Shown here one piece after another: positions 9,163 to 18,670 of a stretch of DNA of 64,000 nt; position 1 is the stretch's first letter, and each line of letters opens with the position of its first letter. Under the pieces are notes generated by a model. It ran no database searches, was not told the DNA's origin, and saw only the letters and a list, made by a program, of their open reading frames with translations. The stretch covers positions 4,576,001 to 4,640,000 of the forward strand of contig OZ241362.1 in the NCBI GenBank assembly GCA_965200315.1, given 5' to 3'. The DNA comes from Candidatus Latescibacterota bacterium. GTDB lineage: Bacteria; Latescibacterota; UBA2968; UBA8231. Position numbers and translations under genes: made by a program.

Positions 9163-10686
9163 TCAGAAGAAGCGGTTGAGCAGCCGGACTTCGACGCCGG
9201 TAAACCCTAGCACCTCATAGCAGATGCCAGCCGTGCAAGCTAGCCCCGAGCGGCGCTGGCCGGCGAAGACGTTGAGGATGTGGCCCTCGCCAATGTCGGC
9301 CCCAATGTTGAGGCCCCGCCACCACGTGATGCCAGAGGGATCGGCTCCGGTTTCCAACTCGTCGGAGGTGCGCTGGACCTGCACGGCGGCGGAGAGGCTG
9401 GGGGCGCGGTGGACCGCTAGGGCATAGTATTGGTTGGTGTAAGGAAGTGCTAGGTCGCCAAATCGCCGATCGACGTCTTGAAATTGCGCGTCGAACTCGA
9501 AGGTGTAGGACCCGTCTGGCAACCACTCCCAGTGCGTGCCCAAGAGGCGGCTTTTGTCGTCGAGGAGAATCTGGTTGTGGCTAAAGTCGGCAAAAAGCTG
9601 CACATCGGCACTTTGGCCCACGGGCGAATCCATCTGCACAAAGAATTCGCGCAGGACGTTGTCGTCGGCGGTGCCCGAATCGCGGCGGCGCGTGGCGCGG
9701 GTCGCATTGGCAATGAGGATTTGGCCGCTGGGTAGGACATAACTCAGTTCGGCTTGGTAGCCCTGCTCGTCGTCGGCGAGCACATCGTGCGTGATGCGAT
9801 TGAGGAGATAGGCCGAGTGTTCTCGGATTAAGGGCGGAGGGTCGTTGATGTGTTCGAGGGCAAAGTCCTCGTAGTCTTTGTATTCCAAGCTCAAGCCCCA
9901 CGGCCCGGATGCCCAAGTGGCCGCTAGGTACAGGGCGCGGCCCAAACTGCGGTCGAGCGAGAAGAAGCGGTCGAATGCCACATCGCGCTGAGCGTACTCG
10001 CCTTGGAGATCGGCATACACTCCGTTGAGGCCGAGGCGGGCCAGCAAAGGCGCGAGCCGCCAGCGTGCATTAAAGGCCGCGCTTGTTTCTTGCCGCCTGC
10101 CGGCTGGGTAGCGGATGGCGCTAACGCCAACGTCGAAATGCGGATGCGGCTTGAGCTGGAGCGATCCAGCGTGGAGCACGTCTGGACGTCGCTCAATCCC
10201 CTCCAAGCCGGGCGGCAGATTGCTGTTGATCGGCGCACCGCGCAACAGCAGCACTTCGGCCCGCTTGGCTCGGTAGCGCACCTGAACGCCGTCGAGATCG
10301 CGTACGATCTGGTAGCGACGGCGAGCACCCCGCTCCTCAGTGATGACGCCGGGCAGCTCAAAGGCGTGGAGGAGCAAGCCGCTGCCGATGATGGTGTAGA
10401 AATTGCCAACAGTAGCTTCAAAACCACTCCGGCGGTAGGAGGCAGAGCGCTGGAGGAGTTGGCCGTAGTTGCGATTGGTTGCACTAGAGCCAAAAGTCTC
10501 GCCGCGGACCCCGACTTGGAGGTCAGCGAGTGCATAGTCGAGGCTGAACTGGTGGTAGATCGTCCGCAGGTCGCTGGGCTTTGTGCCGGGCAGATTGCCG
10601 ACTTGGCCTTCGGTCAGAGCCGAAAGACGCAGCTCGGCTTGGAGAGGGGCGTCCAGCAGCAGTGTAAGTGCAAAAACGAAGCGCAT
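9163..10686 (-). CDS. DUF6029-like outer-membrane beta-barrel protein
   Basis: Signal peptide, alternating beta-strand pattern, GNFYTIIGSGLLL, LEYKDY, NDPPPL, C-terminal GQRRSGLACTAGIC and terminal Phe. Confidence 0.75.
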   Translation of the reverse strand: MRFVFALTLLLDAPLQAELRLSALTEGQVGNLPGTKPSDLRTIYHQFSLDYALADLQVGVRGETFGSSATNRNYGQLLQRSASYRRSGFEATVGNFYTIIGSGLLLHAFELPGVITEERGARRRYQIVRDLDGVQVRYRAKRAEVLLLRGAPINSNLPPGLEGIERRPDVLHAGSLQLKPHPHFDVGVSAIRYPAGRRQETSAAFNARWRLAPLLARLGLNGVYADLQGEYAQRDVAFDRFFSLDRSLGRALYLAATWASGPWGLSLEYKDYEDFALEHINDPPPLIREHSAYLLNRITHDVLADDEQGYQAELSYVLPSGQILIANATRATRRRDSGTADDNVLREFFVQMDSPVGQSADVQLFADFSHNQILLDDKSRLLGTHWEWLPDGSYTFEFDAQFQDVDRRFGDLALPYTNQYYALAVHRAPSLSAAVQVQRTSDELETGADPSGITWWRGLNIGADIGEGHILNVFAGQRRSGLACTAGICYEVLGFTGVEVRLLNRFF

Positions 10687-10692
10687 GGCTTG

Positions 10693-10731
10693 GGTCCTAG
10701 CTATAATGTGGTTAGTGGTGGTCCTAGCTAT
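10693..10731 (+). promoter_or_regulatory. 12-bp direct repeat GGTCCTAGCTAT overlapping a TATAAT -10 box in a divergent promoter region
   Basis: Copies at 10693-10704 and 10720-10731; TATAAT at 10702-10707. Confidence 0.5.
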
Positions 10732-10766
10732 CGGCTACTCAAATTTTAGCAGAACGGAGCTTAAAC

Positions 10767-11261
10767 ATGAAACCAATTTTCGCATGGGCAACCTGCTTGC
10801 TGCTCGTCGCCGCGGCTCGCGCCGAAAAAGCACCGCAACTCGTGTTGGAAAACCTCGATGGATCGACCTTTTTGCTGGTGGAGGCGCTCAAAAAAGGGCC
10901 GGTGGTCTTCGACTTCTGGGCGACTTGGTGCAAGCCCTGTATCAAGAGTCTGCCCAAGGTCCAAGCCCTATCCGAAAAATACGCCGAGCGCGGCGTCCAA
11001 GTGCTGACGATCAACGTCGATGGCCCGAGAAACCTGCCCAAAGTGCGGCCCTTTATGCAGCGCCACAAGCTCAAACTGCCGGTTTTGCTCGACAAGACCA
11101 ACGAGGTGCTCAAGCAATTTCACCTATCCGGCGTCCCGGCGACCCTGATTATTGCGGCTGACGGGACGGTGTGGTACAAGCATCAGGGGTATCGGCCCGG
11201 CGACGAGCAGAAGCTCAAGGCCAAACTAGACGAATTGCTCGGCCCCCCAGAGGACGAATAA
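10767..11261 (+). CDS. TlpA-family thiol-disulfide reductase (exported)
   Basis: Signal peptide, DFWATWCKPC, GVP cis-Pro loop. Confidence 0.92.
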   Translation: MKPIFAWATCLLLVAAARAEKAPQLVLENLDGSTFLLVEALKKGPVVFDFWATWCKPCIKSLPKVQALSEKYAERGVQVLTINVDGPRNLPKVRPFMQRHKLKLPVLLDKTNEVLKQFHLSGVPATLIIAADGTVWYKHQGYRPGDEQKLKAKLDELLGPPEDE

Positions 11262-11279
11262 GCGACTGCTCACACTTCC

Positions 11280-11471
11280 TTACCCGCGAACGTCTATCGC
11301 GTATTGTTTGATCTTCCGCTGCAAATTTCTCCGAGTCAATTTAATCGCTGCTGCGGCCCGACTTACGTTGCCGTTGGCCCTCTCTAGGGCCCGTCGGAGA
11401 AATAGCCGCTCAAACTGTTCGCGCGCCTCGTGGAAAAGCTGCGGAATGTCGTAGTTCCATCCCACCGGCAA
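11280..11471 (-). pseudogene. C-terminal Fis-type HTH remnant of a sigma-54 activator
   Basis: FERLFLRRALERANGNVSRAAAAIKLTRRNLQRKIKQY with no upstream AAA domain. Confidence 0.7.
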
Positions 11472-11494
11472 GGGAAGCAGGCAGATGTTTGAGT

Positions 11495-11640
11495 TCAGTG
11501 GATCATGGCAATCTGAATCAACGCCTCGCTATGTCGGGTCAACTCCTCATAATCGCGGGCATGACGACGAAAATTCATTAACCATGCCAACGTGCGCTCG
11601 CCGACCCAATGGCGTTTAAGGAGGGTAAACGCCGTCCGTA
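11495..11640 (-). mobile_element. IS5-family (IS1031/IS427-like) transposase C-terminal remnant
   Basis: RHWVGERTLAWLMNFRRHARDYE...HSEALIQIAMI matches the RWVVERTFAW..RRL..DYE signature. Confidence 0.8.
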
Positions 11641-11858
11641 CAGCGTGAACGCTGTCAGATGCACCTCGTCCGGCAATGCCTCTTTGAGCGAGAGGCGGAT
11701 ATCGCCCCCGCATGATTCCAGTCCGAAACGGCTATCTTCTACGATGTCTAGACCTGCTAGAGATAGTCACCTAATACACTATTTACAGGCATCAATCGGC
11801 AGGGCGTACAACGTGCAACGCGGTCCAATAGCAGCATTGTACGCCCTGCTATCTATCC

Positions 11859-12932
11859 CTAAAAAACTGGAATGAACTTGTGGCACACGGGCGAGGGGAC
11901 TTCGGCCTTGTGGCCGGTAGGCGTGAGCTTGCCGGTGTCTGGATCGACTCGGAAGGTGAAGATGTCGTTGGTGCTGTGGTTGCCGACGATTAGGTAGGTG
12001 CCCGTGGGGTCGAGGCCGAAGTTGCGCGGGTTGACACCACCGGTTGGCACGATCTCGACGAGTGCGAGCTGGCCGCTGTCTTGGTCGATGGCATAGACGG
12101 CAATGGAGTCGTGGCCGCGGTTGGACCCGTAGAGGAAGCGGCCGTTGGGGTGGACGTGGATGTCGGCGGTGTGGCTGACTTCCGCATAGCCGGCGGGCAG
12201 CGTCGAGATGGTCTGGATGGTGGTGAGTGTGCCGGCGTCAGCGTCGTAGTCGAAAGCCGTGATGGTGTTGCTCAACTCGTTGATGACGTAAGCCCTTTGG
12301 CTGTCGGGGTGGAAGGCGAGGTGGCGCGGGCCGCTACCGGGGGCGATTTCCGCAGGCTTCTGGGCGCTGAGCTTGCCATTTACGTGGTCAATCGCATAGA
12401 TGAGCACCTTGTCGATACCCAAGTCTGGGGCAAAGGCGTGTTTGTTGTTGGGGGCAACCATAATCGAGTGGGCATGCGGCCCCTCTTGGCGGCCCGGATT
12501 GACCGAGGACCCCTCGTGTTGGACAAAATCCGTGGCCGGGCCGAGCGAGCCATCTTCCCGAATCGGCAGGATTGCGACGCTGCCGCCGCCGTAATTGGCG
12601 ACCAGCGCGTACTGGCCAGCGCGGTCAATGCTGATGTGGCAGGGGCCGGGGCCAACGGTCGATTCGGTGTTGATGTGGGTGAGGGCACCGCTCTGCTGGT
12701 CAATGGCAAAGGCCGCAACCGCGCCGCCGGGCCGGCCGCCGACATCGCTAGTCTCGCCGATGGCGTAGAGGAAGCGGCGGTTGGGCTCGATGTCGAGGAA
12801 GGAAGGGTTGTCAATGCCGCCAATGCTGCTTTGATGCGCGAGCGCACCGGTGGCCATGTCGAGGCGATAGACGTGGATGCCGTCCTCGTCGCCGCTGGAA
12901 TAGGTGCCGACATAGACGAGATAATCGCTCAT
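11859..12932 (-). CDS. Lactonase (6-phosphogluconolactonase/Pgl family beta-propeller)
   Basis: YVGTY, NPSFL, ANYGGGSV, RQEGPHAH, GPRH, SNRGHDSI, PRNF. Confidence 0.93.
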   Translation of the reverse strand: MSDYLVYVGTYSSGDEDGIHVYRLDMATGALAHQSSIGGIDNPSFLDIEPNRRFLYAIGETSDVGGRPGGAVAAFAIDQQSGALTHINTESTVGPGPCHISIDRAGQYALVANYGGGSVAILPIREDGSLGPATDFVQHEGSSVNPGRQEGPHAHSIMVAPNNKHAFAPDLGIDKVLIYAIDHVNGKLSAQKPAEIAPGSGPRHLAFHPDSQRAYVINELSNTITAFDYDADAGTLTTIQTISTLPAGYAEVSHTADIHVHPNGRFLYGSNRGHDSIAVYAIDQDSGQLALVEIVPTGGVNPRNFGLDPTGTYLIVGNHSTNDIFTFRVDPDTGKLTPTGHKAEVPSPVCHKFIPVF

Positions 12933-13056
12933 GGAGGAACTCCTTTGGGTTGTGAAGGCGATGGAAGGGAGAAAGAGAAGCACAGATAACAAGGCATTCG
13001 TTACAAACCGCATCGTTTCACCAAAACACTGTTGAACTTTCGCAAGCGACAGACCT

Positions 13057-13092
13057 AATCCCATAAATCCTGCCAATCCCGTTAATTTCTGA
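13057..13092. repeat. Short 9-nt-period intergenic repeat (AATCC.... x4)
   Basis: aatcccata aatcctgcc aatcccgtt aatttctga. Confidence 0.55.
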
Positions 13093-13095
13093 TCT

Positions 13096-15441
13096 CTAAT
13101 AGACAACCGAAATCGCACCTGTGTGCGTCCCCGGCCCCGACTCGGCTCCCAGATCGAGGCGGTAGAGATACATGCCCGGCGCGACCACGGCTCCCGCCTC
13201 GTCGCGAGCCGTCCAAGTGAAGCGATGACCTGTTGAGGTCGGAGTGGATTCGACCACAGCGACTTGGCGGCCCGCTAGGTCGTAGAGCGCGAGCATAGGA
13301 GTTGCTGCGTCTAACTTAAAGACCACAAAGTGCATGTCGAGCGCGTCGTTGACCCCGTCGCCGTTGGGCGTGATCACGGGCGAGGCCAGTTCCAATGAGT
13401 CGATGAGTTGGCCGTGCTCGGCTAGCTCGGGTAGCATTACTACCTGAGAGCGGCGCTCGGCTGGCTCGACCGACTGCCAAAGACCGGGCCGCTCGCTCAA
13501 CCCGAGGTCGAGGGGAAAAACCGTGGCATTGTGCAAGACTCGCGTCGTGAAACCCACCCGAACCGAGTCCCCGGTCACGATGTGTGGCAAGGCGACCAAC
13601 AGCGAGTCGCCCCGCTGATCGACGCGGGCAGGTTCGACCGGCGCGGAGCCGATGTGTAGCTCGAGGTCCTCGGCGTCAATCCGGCCCGGCACTGTAAAGC
13701 GCAACAGGTCGAAACCCGAGTCCTCAGCCTCCATCTGCGGCCACAGTGTATAGGTGAAACGGGTGTCCTCGTTGGGGATGGCTTGGCGCGGCTCAATGCG
13801 GCCCACCGCACCCTGTAACAGCGCGTCCTCAAACTCGACCGAGAGCGAATGGACCACCGGTGCCACGTTGGGGGCATCGGTGGAGAGGATCATCTCCAGC
13901 AGGATGAAGCGGCGCGGGCTTTCCGATTGAAATGCCTCGCCCGGGAACGGATAGACATTGCTCCACTCACCCCAATCCTCGCCCACCACGAGCGTCGTAT
14001 CGACCGGGCCGCGCAGTACCTTGGGCGAACTCTTCCATTTCTCCTCGGTGACCTGTTCGCCGATCTTGTTGTAAAACGTATAGACCGGCTCTAGCGAGTT
14101 GCCCGAGCGCGAGCGCAGTTGCAGGCGGGTGCCCGCGGCCAACTCGGCATCCCAAGAGAGGCTTTTGATGACTTTTGGACGCCCGTCGCCCGAGGTTTGT
14201 CCTAAGTCGATGAAGTCCGAGTGCAATACTACTTCAGCGGGATAGCCCGGAGAGAAAAGCATGAACTCGGCCCATTTGACGATGCCCCAGCCGGTGTCCT
14301 TGATGCCGTGCCAGAAGAAGTAGCGCATCTTGCGCGGCTTGAACATATAGCGAATGTAGAGCAGGCGGTCGGCATTGGGATTGATGTGGGTCAGGAGCTC
14401 TGTGTAGTCAAACGCATCGGGCACGGGCAGATTGGAACTGAGGCTGTGGGTGCCATCTGAATAGAGTACGGTATGACCCGGGCCGGTGCCACTGATCGAG
14501 AAGCCCACCAAGCCCTCGTCGGGCCTAAAGGAATAGAGAAAGAATTCATCGACGAAGAACACCGCCCCCAAATCCACTCCGAACCACACCCCACCCTCCT
14601 TCCAGCCGAGGCTGCCATACGAAGAGCCGATGAGGTTGTTGGTGTTCATGTCGGCGTCGAAGAGGTTTTGCGGATCGACCGAATTGATCCCATTGACAAA
14701 ACGGCCCCGCTGCATGGTGCCGATGCTGATGTTGTCGCCGATGCCGCGGACCTCAATTTCGGCCAAGGCCGCGTCCGGCGTCTTCTCTTCGGCCTCAATG
14801 CGAATGCGCTGGATCACCCGATAGTTGTTTTTGGCCATCGGGTCGATACCCAAGCCCTCGTCGAGCTGAAATACACTGTCGCGAGCAGTGAATCCGAGGG
14901 GGATGACGATTTCGCTGGCCGCGTTGGGCCGGGTCGTGCGGAAAAGCGGATCCAGCAGCACCAAGTCGTCTTGGACCGAGATGCGGGTCCCCGTGCTGCC
15001 GTACACGGTAAACTGGTGGAAGGGACGCGCGCCCTCCTCGTCGGGAAAAACGAGGCGTATCTCCCGGGCCAACACGGCGCGGCCCAAGTCTATCTCAATG
15101 GCCCAGTCCTCGACGGCATCCGCTGGATCTGGACGCCAGAAGGTCTGGAGATTCCCGTCGATGATGAGGTCCGCATCGGCAGGGTTGGAGGTCGCCTCCC
15201 AGAGGCCGCCCGTAGTTCGCCCGCGGCTTTTGCTCTCATAGGAGAAGCGATGGGCATCGGCGACTGCGTTGATGTCCTTGCGGAACTTGACGAGCTGTAG
15301 CTGGCCGTTCTCGCCCACTTCAGTCAGGCCGAGAGGCACCTGCCAAGTCGCCCAAGCATCTTGCCCTTGGAAGGTCAGGGTTTCGCTGCTAACGGCCATG
15401 GCCACAACCGCGACGCAGACGAGCGGCAAAAGAAATCGCAT
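13096..15441 (-). CDS. Secreted protein with C-terminal TPNGDG.ND / FlgD-Ig-like domain
   Basis: Signal peptide; discoidin-like IDLGR/VDLGA segments; C-terminal VITPNGDGVND...YDLAGRQV...W...APGMYLY. Confidence 0.8.
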   Translation of the reverse strand: MRFLLPLVCVAVVAMAVSSETLTFQGQDAWATWQVPLGLTEVGENGQLQLVKFRKDINAVADAHRFSYESKSRGRTTGGLWEATSNPADADLIIDGNLQTFWRPDPADAVEDWAIEIDLGRAVLAREIRLVFPDEEGARPFHQFTVYGSTGTRISVQDDLVLLDPLFRTTRPNAASEIVIPLGFTARDSVFQLDEGLGIDPMAKNNYRVIQRIRIEAEEKTPDAALAEIEVRGIGDNISIGTMQRGRFVNGINSVDPQNLFDADMNTNNLIGSSYGSLGWKEGGVWFGVDLGAVFFVDEFFLYSFRPDEGLVGFSISGTGPGHTVLYSDGTHSLSSNLPVPDAFDYTELLTHINPNADRLLYIRYMFKPRKMRYFFWHGIKDTGWGIVKWAEFMLFSPGYPAEVVLHSDFIDLGQTSGDGRPKVIKSLSWDAELAAGTRLQLRSRSGNSLEPVYTFYNKIGEQVTEEKWKSSPKVLRGPVDTTLVVGEDWGEWSNVYPFPGEAFQSESPRRFILLEMILSTDAPNVAPVVHSLSVEFEDALLQGAVGRIEPRQAIPNEDTRFTYTLWPQMEAEDSGFDLLRFTVPGRIDAEDLELHIGSAPVEPARVDQRGDSLLVALPHIVTGDSVRVGFTTRVLHNATVFPLDLGLSERPGLWQSVEPAERRSQVVMLPELAEHGQLIDSLELASPVITPNGDGVNDALDMHFVVFKLDAATPMLALYDLAGRQVAVVESTPTSTGHRFTWTARDEAGAVVAPGMYLYRLDLGAESGPGTHTGAISVVY

Positions 15442-15454
15442 CGTTCCCCCGCCC

Positions 15455-17506
15455 TCAGTACGCTACGCCCACAGGTCGGAGCAAGGCGGCAGCGCGGTGC
15501 TCGGATTGCAGGACCACGGAGATTAGGTACACGCCCGGCGGCAGGGCATGGCCGGCTGAGTCGCGTCCGTCCCAGCGGGCCGTTTGCGGGCCGGCTGTTT
15601 GCAATCCTTGGGACACGGTCGCCACGTGGCGACCGTCGAGCGCATAGACCGCTAGTTCGACGGGCACTTGTTCCGGCAGGCCATAGAGGGAATAGGCCAT
15701 GCGAAGCTCGTCGTGAACGCCGTCGCCATTGGGCGTCAACACAGGCGTTGAAAAGCGCAAGTTTTGCACCAAAGCAGGTTGTTGATCCGAAACGCTAAGG
15801 ACGCGCAGACTGTTCGTGGAGAGCAGTTCGCTGGCGTCGCCAGAGACGATGGGTTGAGGCAAGGTCTCGAGCTCTGAGTCGGTGACGGTGCCCAAGAACG
15901 TGGTGGCTAGTTCAAACACTTCCGCGGCAAAGACGATGCGCAACGGCGCGTTGTTGGCGCGGGTAACGCGCTCTGGCAGGAGTACTGTCAGGCCGTCATT
16001 CTCTTCGCGGATGGCGGCCGGGTCGGTCGCTTGGCCGCCGACGAGCAACTCTTTGAACGCGGGCCGGGCACCCGTTTGGATATGCACTTGGTCGAAGCCG
16101 CGCTGATTCCCCCCTGAGAAGGAGGCCGACAGGTCGTACGCAAATTCGACCATTTCGCCCAAGGCCACCTCGCCGAACCCGTGCGCGGGCCGTGGGTTGG
16201 CGAGCGGGGCCACTTCGCCGAGGACGCGCGCCGCTAACAGCGGTGCCCGCTCGACCCACAGCGAATCCAAGCGCACAAAATCCGCAAAGCGAGTACTGTG
16301 CAACGTGATGAACACCTGTATGAAGGAGCCGCTGTCGAGATGGAGCGGCAGGCCCGACTGAGTGGTGGGCGTTGACCAGAAGGTCCAGTTGTCGCGGTCG
16401 TAGGTAATTGCGGCCCGCATTCCAGGACGGGGGCTGCGCTGGACAAAGTCACAGGAGGCGCACGTGCGGGCAAACCCGGTGCGGAGATCGTTCTCGTAGC
16501 GGGCGCGGGAGACAACCTTCTCCTTGCCGGTGACCGTGTACTCGTGATAGATGTTCGGGTCGTCGTCTCGACCTGTGCGAACCTCGACCTCGGCGAAAGC
16601 CCGTGCATCGGGAGCCGCGACGGCCTCGCCAGCGACAAAGCGCATCGGCGTGGCGGTAAAGAACAGCCGGCCAAAGTTTTGCTCGGCCCCGAGGTCGATG
16701 ATTTTGGAGCGGTACGTGGCCCTCTTGGGAAAGCCCTCGCCATAGACCTCGAACTCGCTGATGGTGCCCAAGAGCGAGCGAGCTTGATTGCCTTGGCCGC
16801 CGGACGTGCCGCTAACGCGGGTCAAGGCCGTCTCGTCGATGATGGAGAATTTGCGGGCCCAGCGAAAGAAGCGCACGTATTGCTGGTCGAAACCAATGCG
16901 CACGTCAGGCGCAAAATTTTGCGTCGGCTCGGCGACAATTCTTGCGAGGGGCAGCGGGCCTTTGATGGCGAAAATCTCGCTGTTTTTCTCTTGAATCGAG
17001 ATTTGGAAGGCCGGCGTCGAATCCGTGCGCAGCGGTGTGCCGTCGGAGCGGAAACCACCCGAAGGGGTGTGGAAGCCAAAGGTGTGTGCCGGCATGGGTA
17101 CGGCCAAGTCAATGGTGAAAAACTGCTTGCCAACGCCCTCGGCCTTGGAGGAATTGTAAGTGGTGCTGTCGGCATCTATGAGCGCGACGCCGTTTTCGGT
17201 TGGGTCGCCGTTGCCCTCGTTCCACTTCCAAATGCGCGGTCGCTCGCCGTCGATATAGCCCAGTTCTTTGGGCTGGCGAAAGGTCGTCCAGTTGCTGAGC
17301 AGGGAAATGATGTTGACGCCCGGCTCGACGTGCACTGGCTGAATGGCACCAAGGACGCGGTCAAAGTCAATCATAATGCTGGCCGTGTCTTGGCCAGCCC
17401 AAGGCTGGCTGCCGCCGAGTTGCCAAGTCGTCACCTCGGCTTTTAGGGCGGCCGGAGCCAGAAGCGCGATAGCGACGATGAGCGCGAAGCTGCGGATATT
17501 CAGCAT
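15455..17506 (-). CDS. Secreted protein, paralogous architecture, C-terminal TPNGDG.HD / FlgD-Ig-like domain
   Basis: Signal peptide MLNIRSFALIVAIALLAPAALKA; LTPNGDGVHD...WDGRD...PGVYL; GGAG RBS. Confidence 0.8.
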   Translation of the reverse strand: MLNIRSFALIVAIALLAPAALKAEVTTWQLGGSQPWAGQDTASIMIDFDRVLGAIQPVHVEPGVNIISLLSNWTTFRQPKELGYIDGERPRIWKWNEGNGDPTENGVALIDADSTTYNSSKAEGVGKQFFTIDLAVPMPAHTFGFHTPSGGFRSDGTPLRTDSTPAFQISIQEKNSEIFAIKGPLPLARIVAEPTQNFAPDVRIGFDQQYVRFFRWARKFSIIDETALTRVSGTSGGQGNQARSLLGTISEFEVYGEGFPKRATYRSKIIDLGAEQNFGRLFFTATPMRFVAGEAVAAPDARAFAEVEVRTGRDDDPNIYHEYTVTGKEKVVSRARYENDLRTGFARTCASCDFVQRSPRPGMRAAITYDRDNWTFWSTPTTQSGLPLHLDSGSFIQVFITLHSTRFADFVRLDSLWVERAPLLAARVLGEVAPLANPRPAHGFGEVALGEMVEFAYDLSASFSGGNQRGFDQVHIQTGARPAFKELLVGGQATDPAAIREENDGLTVLLPERVTRANNAPLRIVFAAEVFELATTFLGTVTDSELETLPQPIVSGDASELLSTNSLRVLSVSDQQPALVQNLRFSTPVLTPNGDGVHDELRMAYSLYGLPEQVPVELAVYALDGRHVATVSQGLQTAGPQTARWDGRDSAGHALPPGVYLISVVLQSEHRAAALLRPVGVAY

Positions 17507-17516
17507 ATTCTGACTC

Positions 17517-18257
17517 CTAGCGAAAATGCACATCGGCGGCATGCAGGGCACCCGGGCCGTTTTGCATCCTCATTAGCTGGCGCTGACGCAGGCTCAAGCT
17601 GTCCCACCACTCGGGCGGGAAGCCGTCGTGCGGATCGAGTTGGAAGACCAGCATGTGCTTTCTATAGTGGCCGAAGAGGGCGTGGCGGTTGCGGTCGCCG
17701 GTGTTGGCACCACCGCCGTGCCAGCACTGGCCGTTGAAGACGATCACCGAGCCGGCCGGGGCTGTCGGCTGCACCTCGTGCTGCACCGCGAATCCCTCCG
17801 GGGGCGCGGCGAGGCCGCTCTTGTGAGAGCCGGGCACCACGCGGGTGCCGCCGATTGCAGGGCTAAAGTCGTCGAGCATCCACACCGTATTCATCATCAC
17901 CGGCGTGTCCATGTTGAGCATATAGGCGGGGATGTCGCTGTGCAGGTGTTGGTAGCCGTCGCCGGGGCGGACGATGCGCGAGTTGAGGCTGCCCAAAATC
18001 AGCGAGGGCTCGAGAAAGTGTTCGAGGATGGGCAAGACGCGGGGGTGGTCGATGCACTGGTGGAAGATGCGATCCATGACCGGGAGATTGGCCACGTGGC
18101 GGGCCGAGCCGCGATGGGTGTGTTCGGTGCCGTGCTCTTGTTCGCAGCGGATCAGGGCTTGGCGCATGGCCGCGGCCGTGTCGGAATCGAGGACGCTTTC
18201 GAGCAGAGCGAAACCGTAGATTTCGATTTCTTGGATGGCTTGTTCGCGTTCGTTCAT
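17517..18257 (-). CDS. Phytanoyl-CoA dioxygenase (PhyH) family
   Basis: LHSD, GGTRVVPGSH, WHGGGAN...R motifs. Confidence 0.92.
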   Translation of the reverse strand: MNEREQAIQEIEIYGFALLESVLDSDTAAAMRQALIRCEQEHGTEHTHRGSARHVANLPVMDRIFHQCIDHPRVLPILEHFLEPSLILGSLNSRIVRPGDGYQHLHSDIPAYMLNMDTPVMMNTVWMLDDFSPAIGGTRVVPGSHKSGLAAPPEGFAVQHEVQPTAPAGSVIVFNGQCWHGGGANTGDRNRHALFGHYRKHMLVFQLDPHDGFPPEWWDSLSLRQRQLMRMQNGPGALHAADVHFR

Positions 18258-18433
18258 AATAAAAAGTCTCCTACAAGGGCTAATAAATAAACCCGCACAG
18301 TTCGCTTCGGCAACTGACTGCTTCCAATCTAACAGGAAACTCGTGCCATGTATTCAAACCTGTATCGTCTTGTGTATCTCGACAGATGTGACCATGGGGC
18401 ACAGACTGACCCTGCTACATTGACGGGAGGTAC

Positions 18434-18670
18434 TTAATCGTCAAATTCCGGTGGTGGATCAAATAGACTATATGAGTCAGTTGTCAAAAATAATTCTTTG
18501 AGATCGTCCTGTTGCAAAAATTCCAGTGCTTCATTTACGGATTCAAACTCGTAGACTTTCACTTCGCCTAAGTTAGATATTAATTCCACCAAGACTTTAT
18601 TGACTTCTCTCTCTATTGAGTCGTCAAGAATGTTCTCGATCAATACCTCGAGACATTTACTCCTTCTCAA
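18434..18670 (-). CDS. Low-GC hypothetical ORF or remnant downstream of the methyltransferase
   Basis: AT-rich open frame with uncertain start. Confidence 0.3.
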   Translation of the reverse strand: MRRSKCLEVLIENILDDSIEREVNKVLVELISNLGEVKVYEFESVNEALEFLQQDDLKELFLTTDSYSLFDPPPEFDD

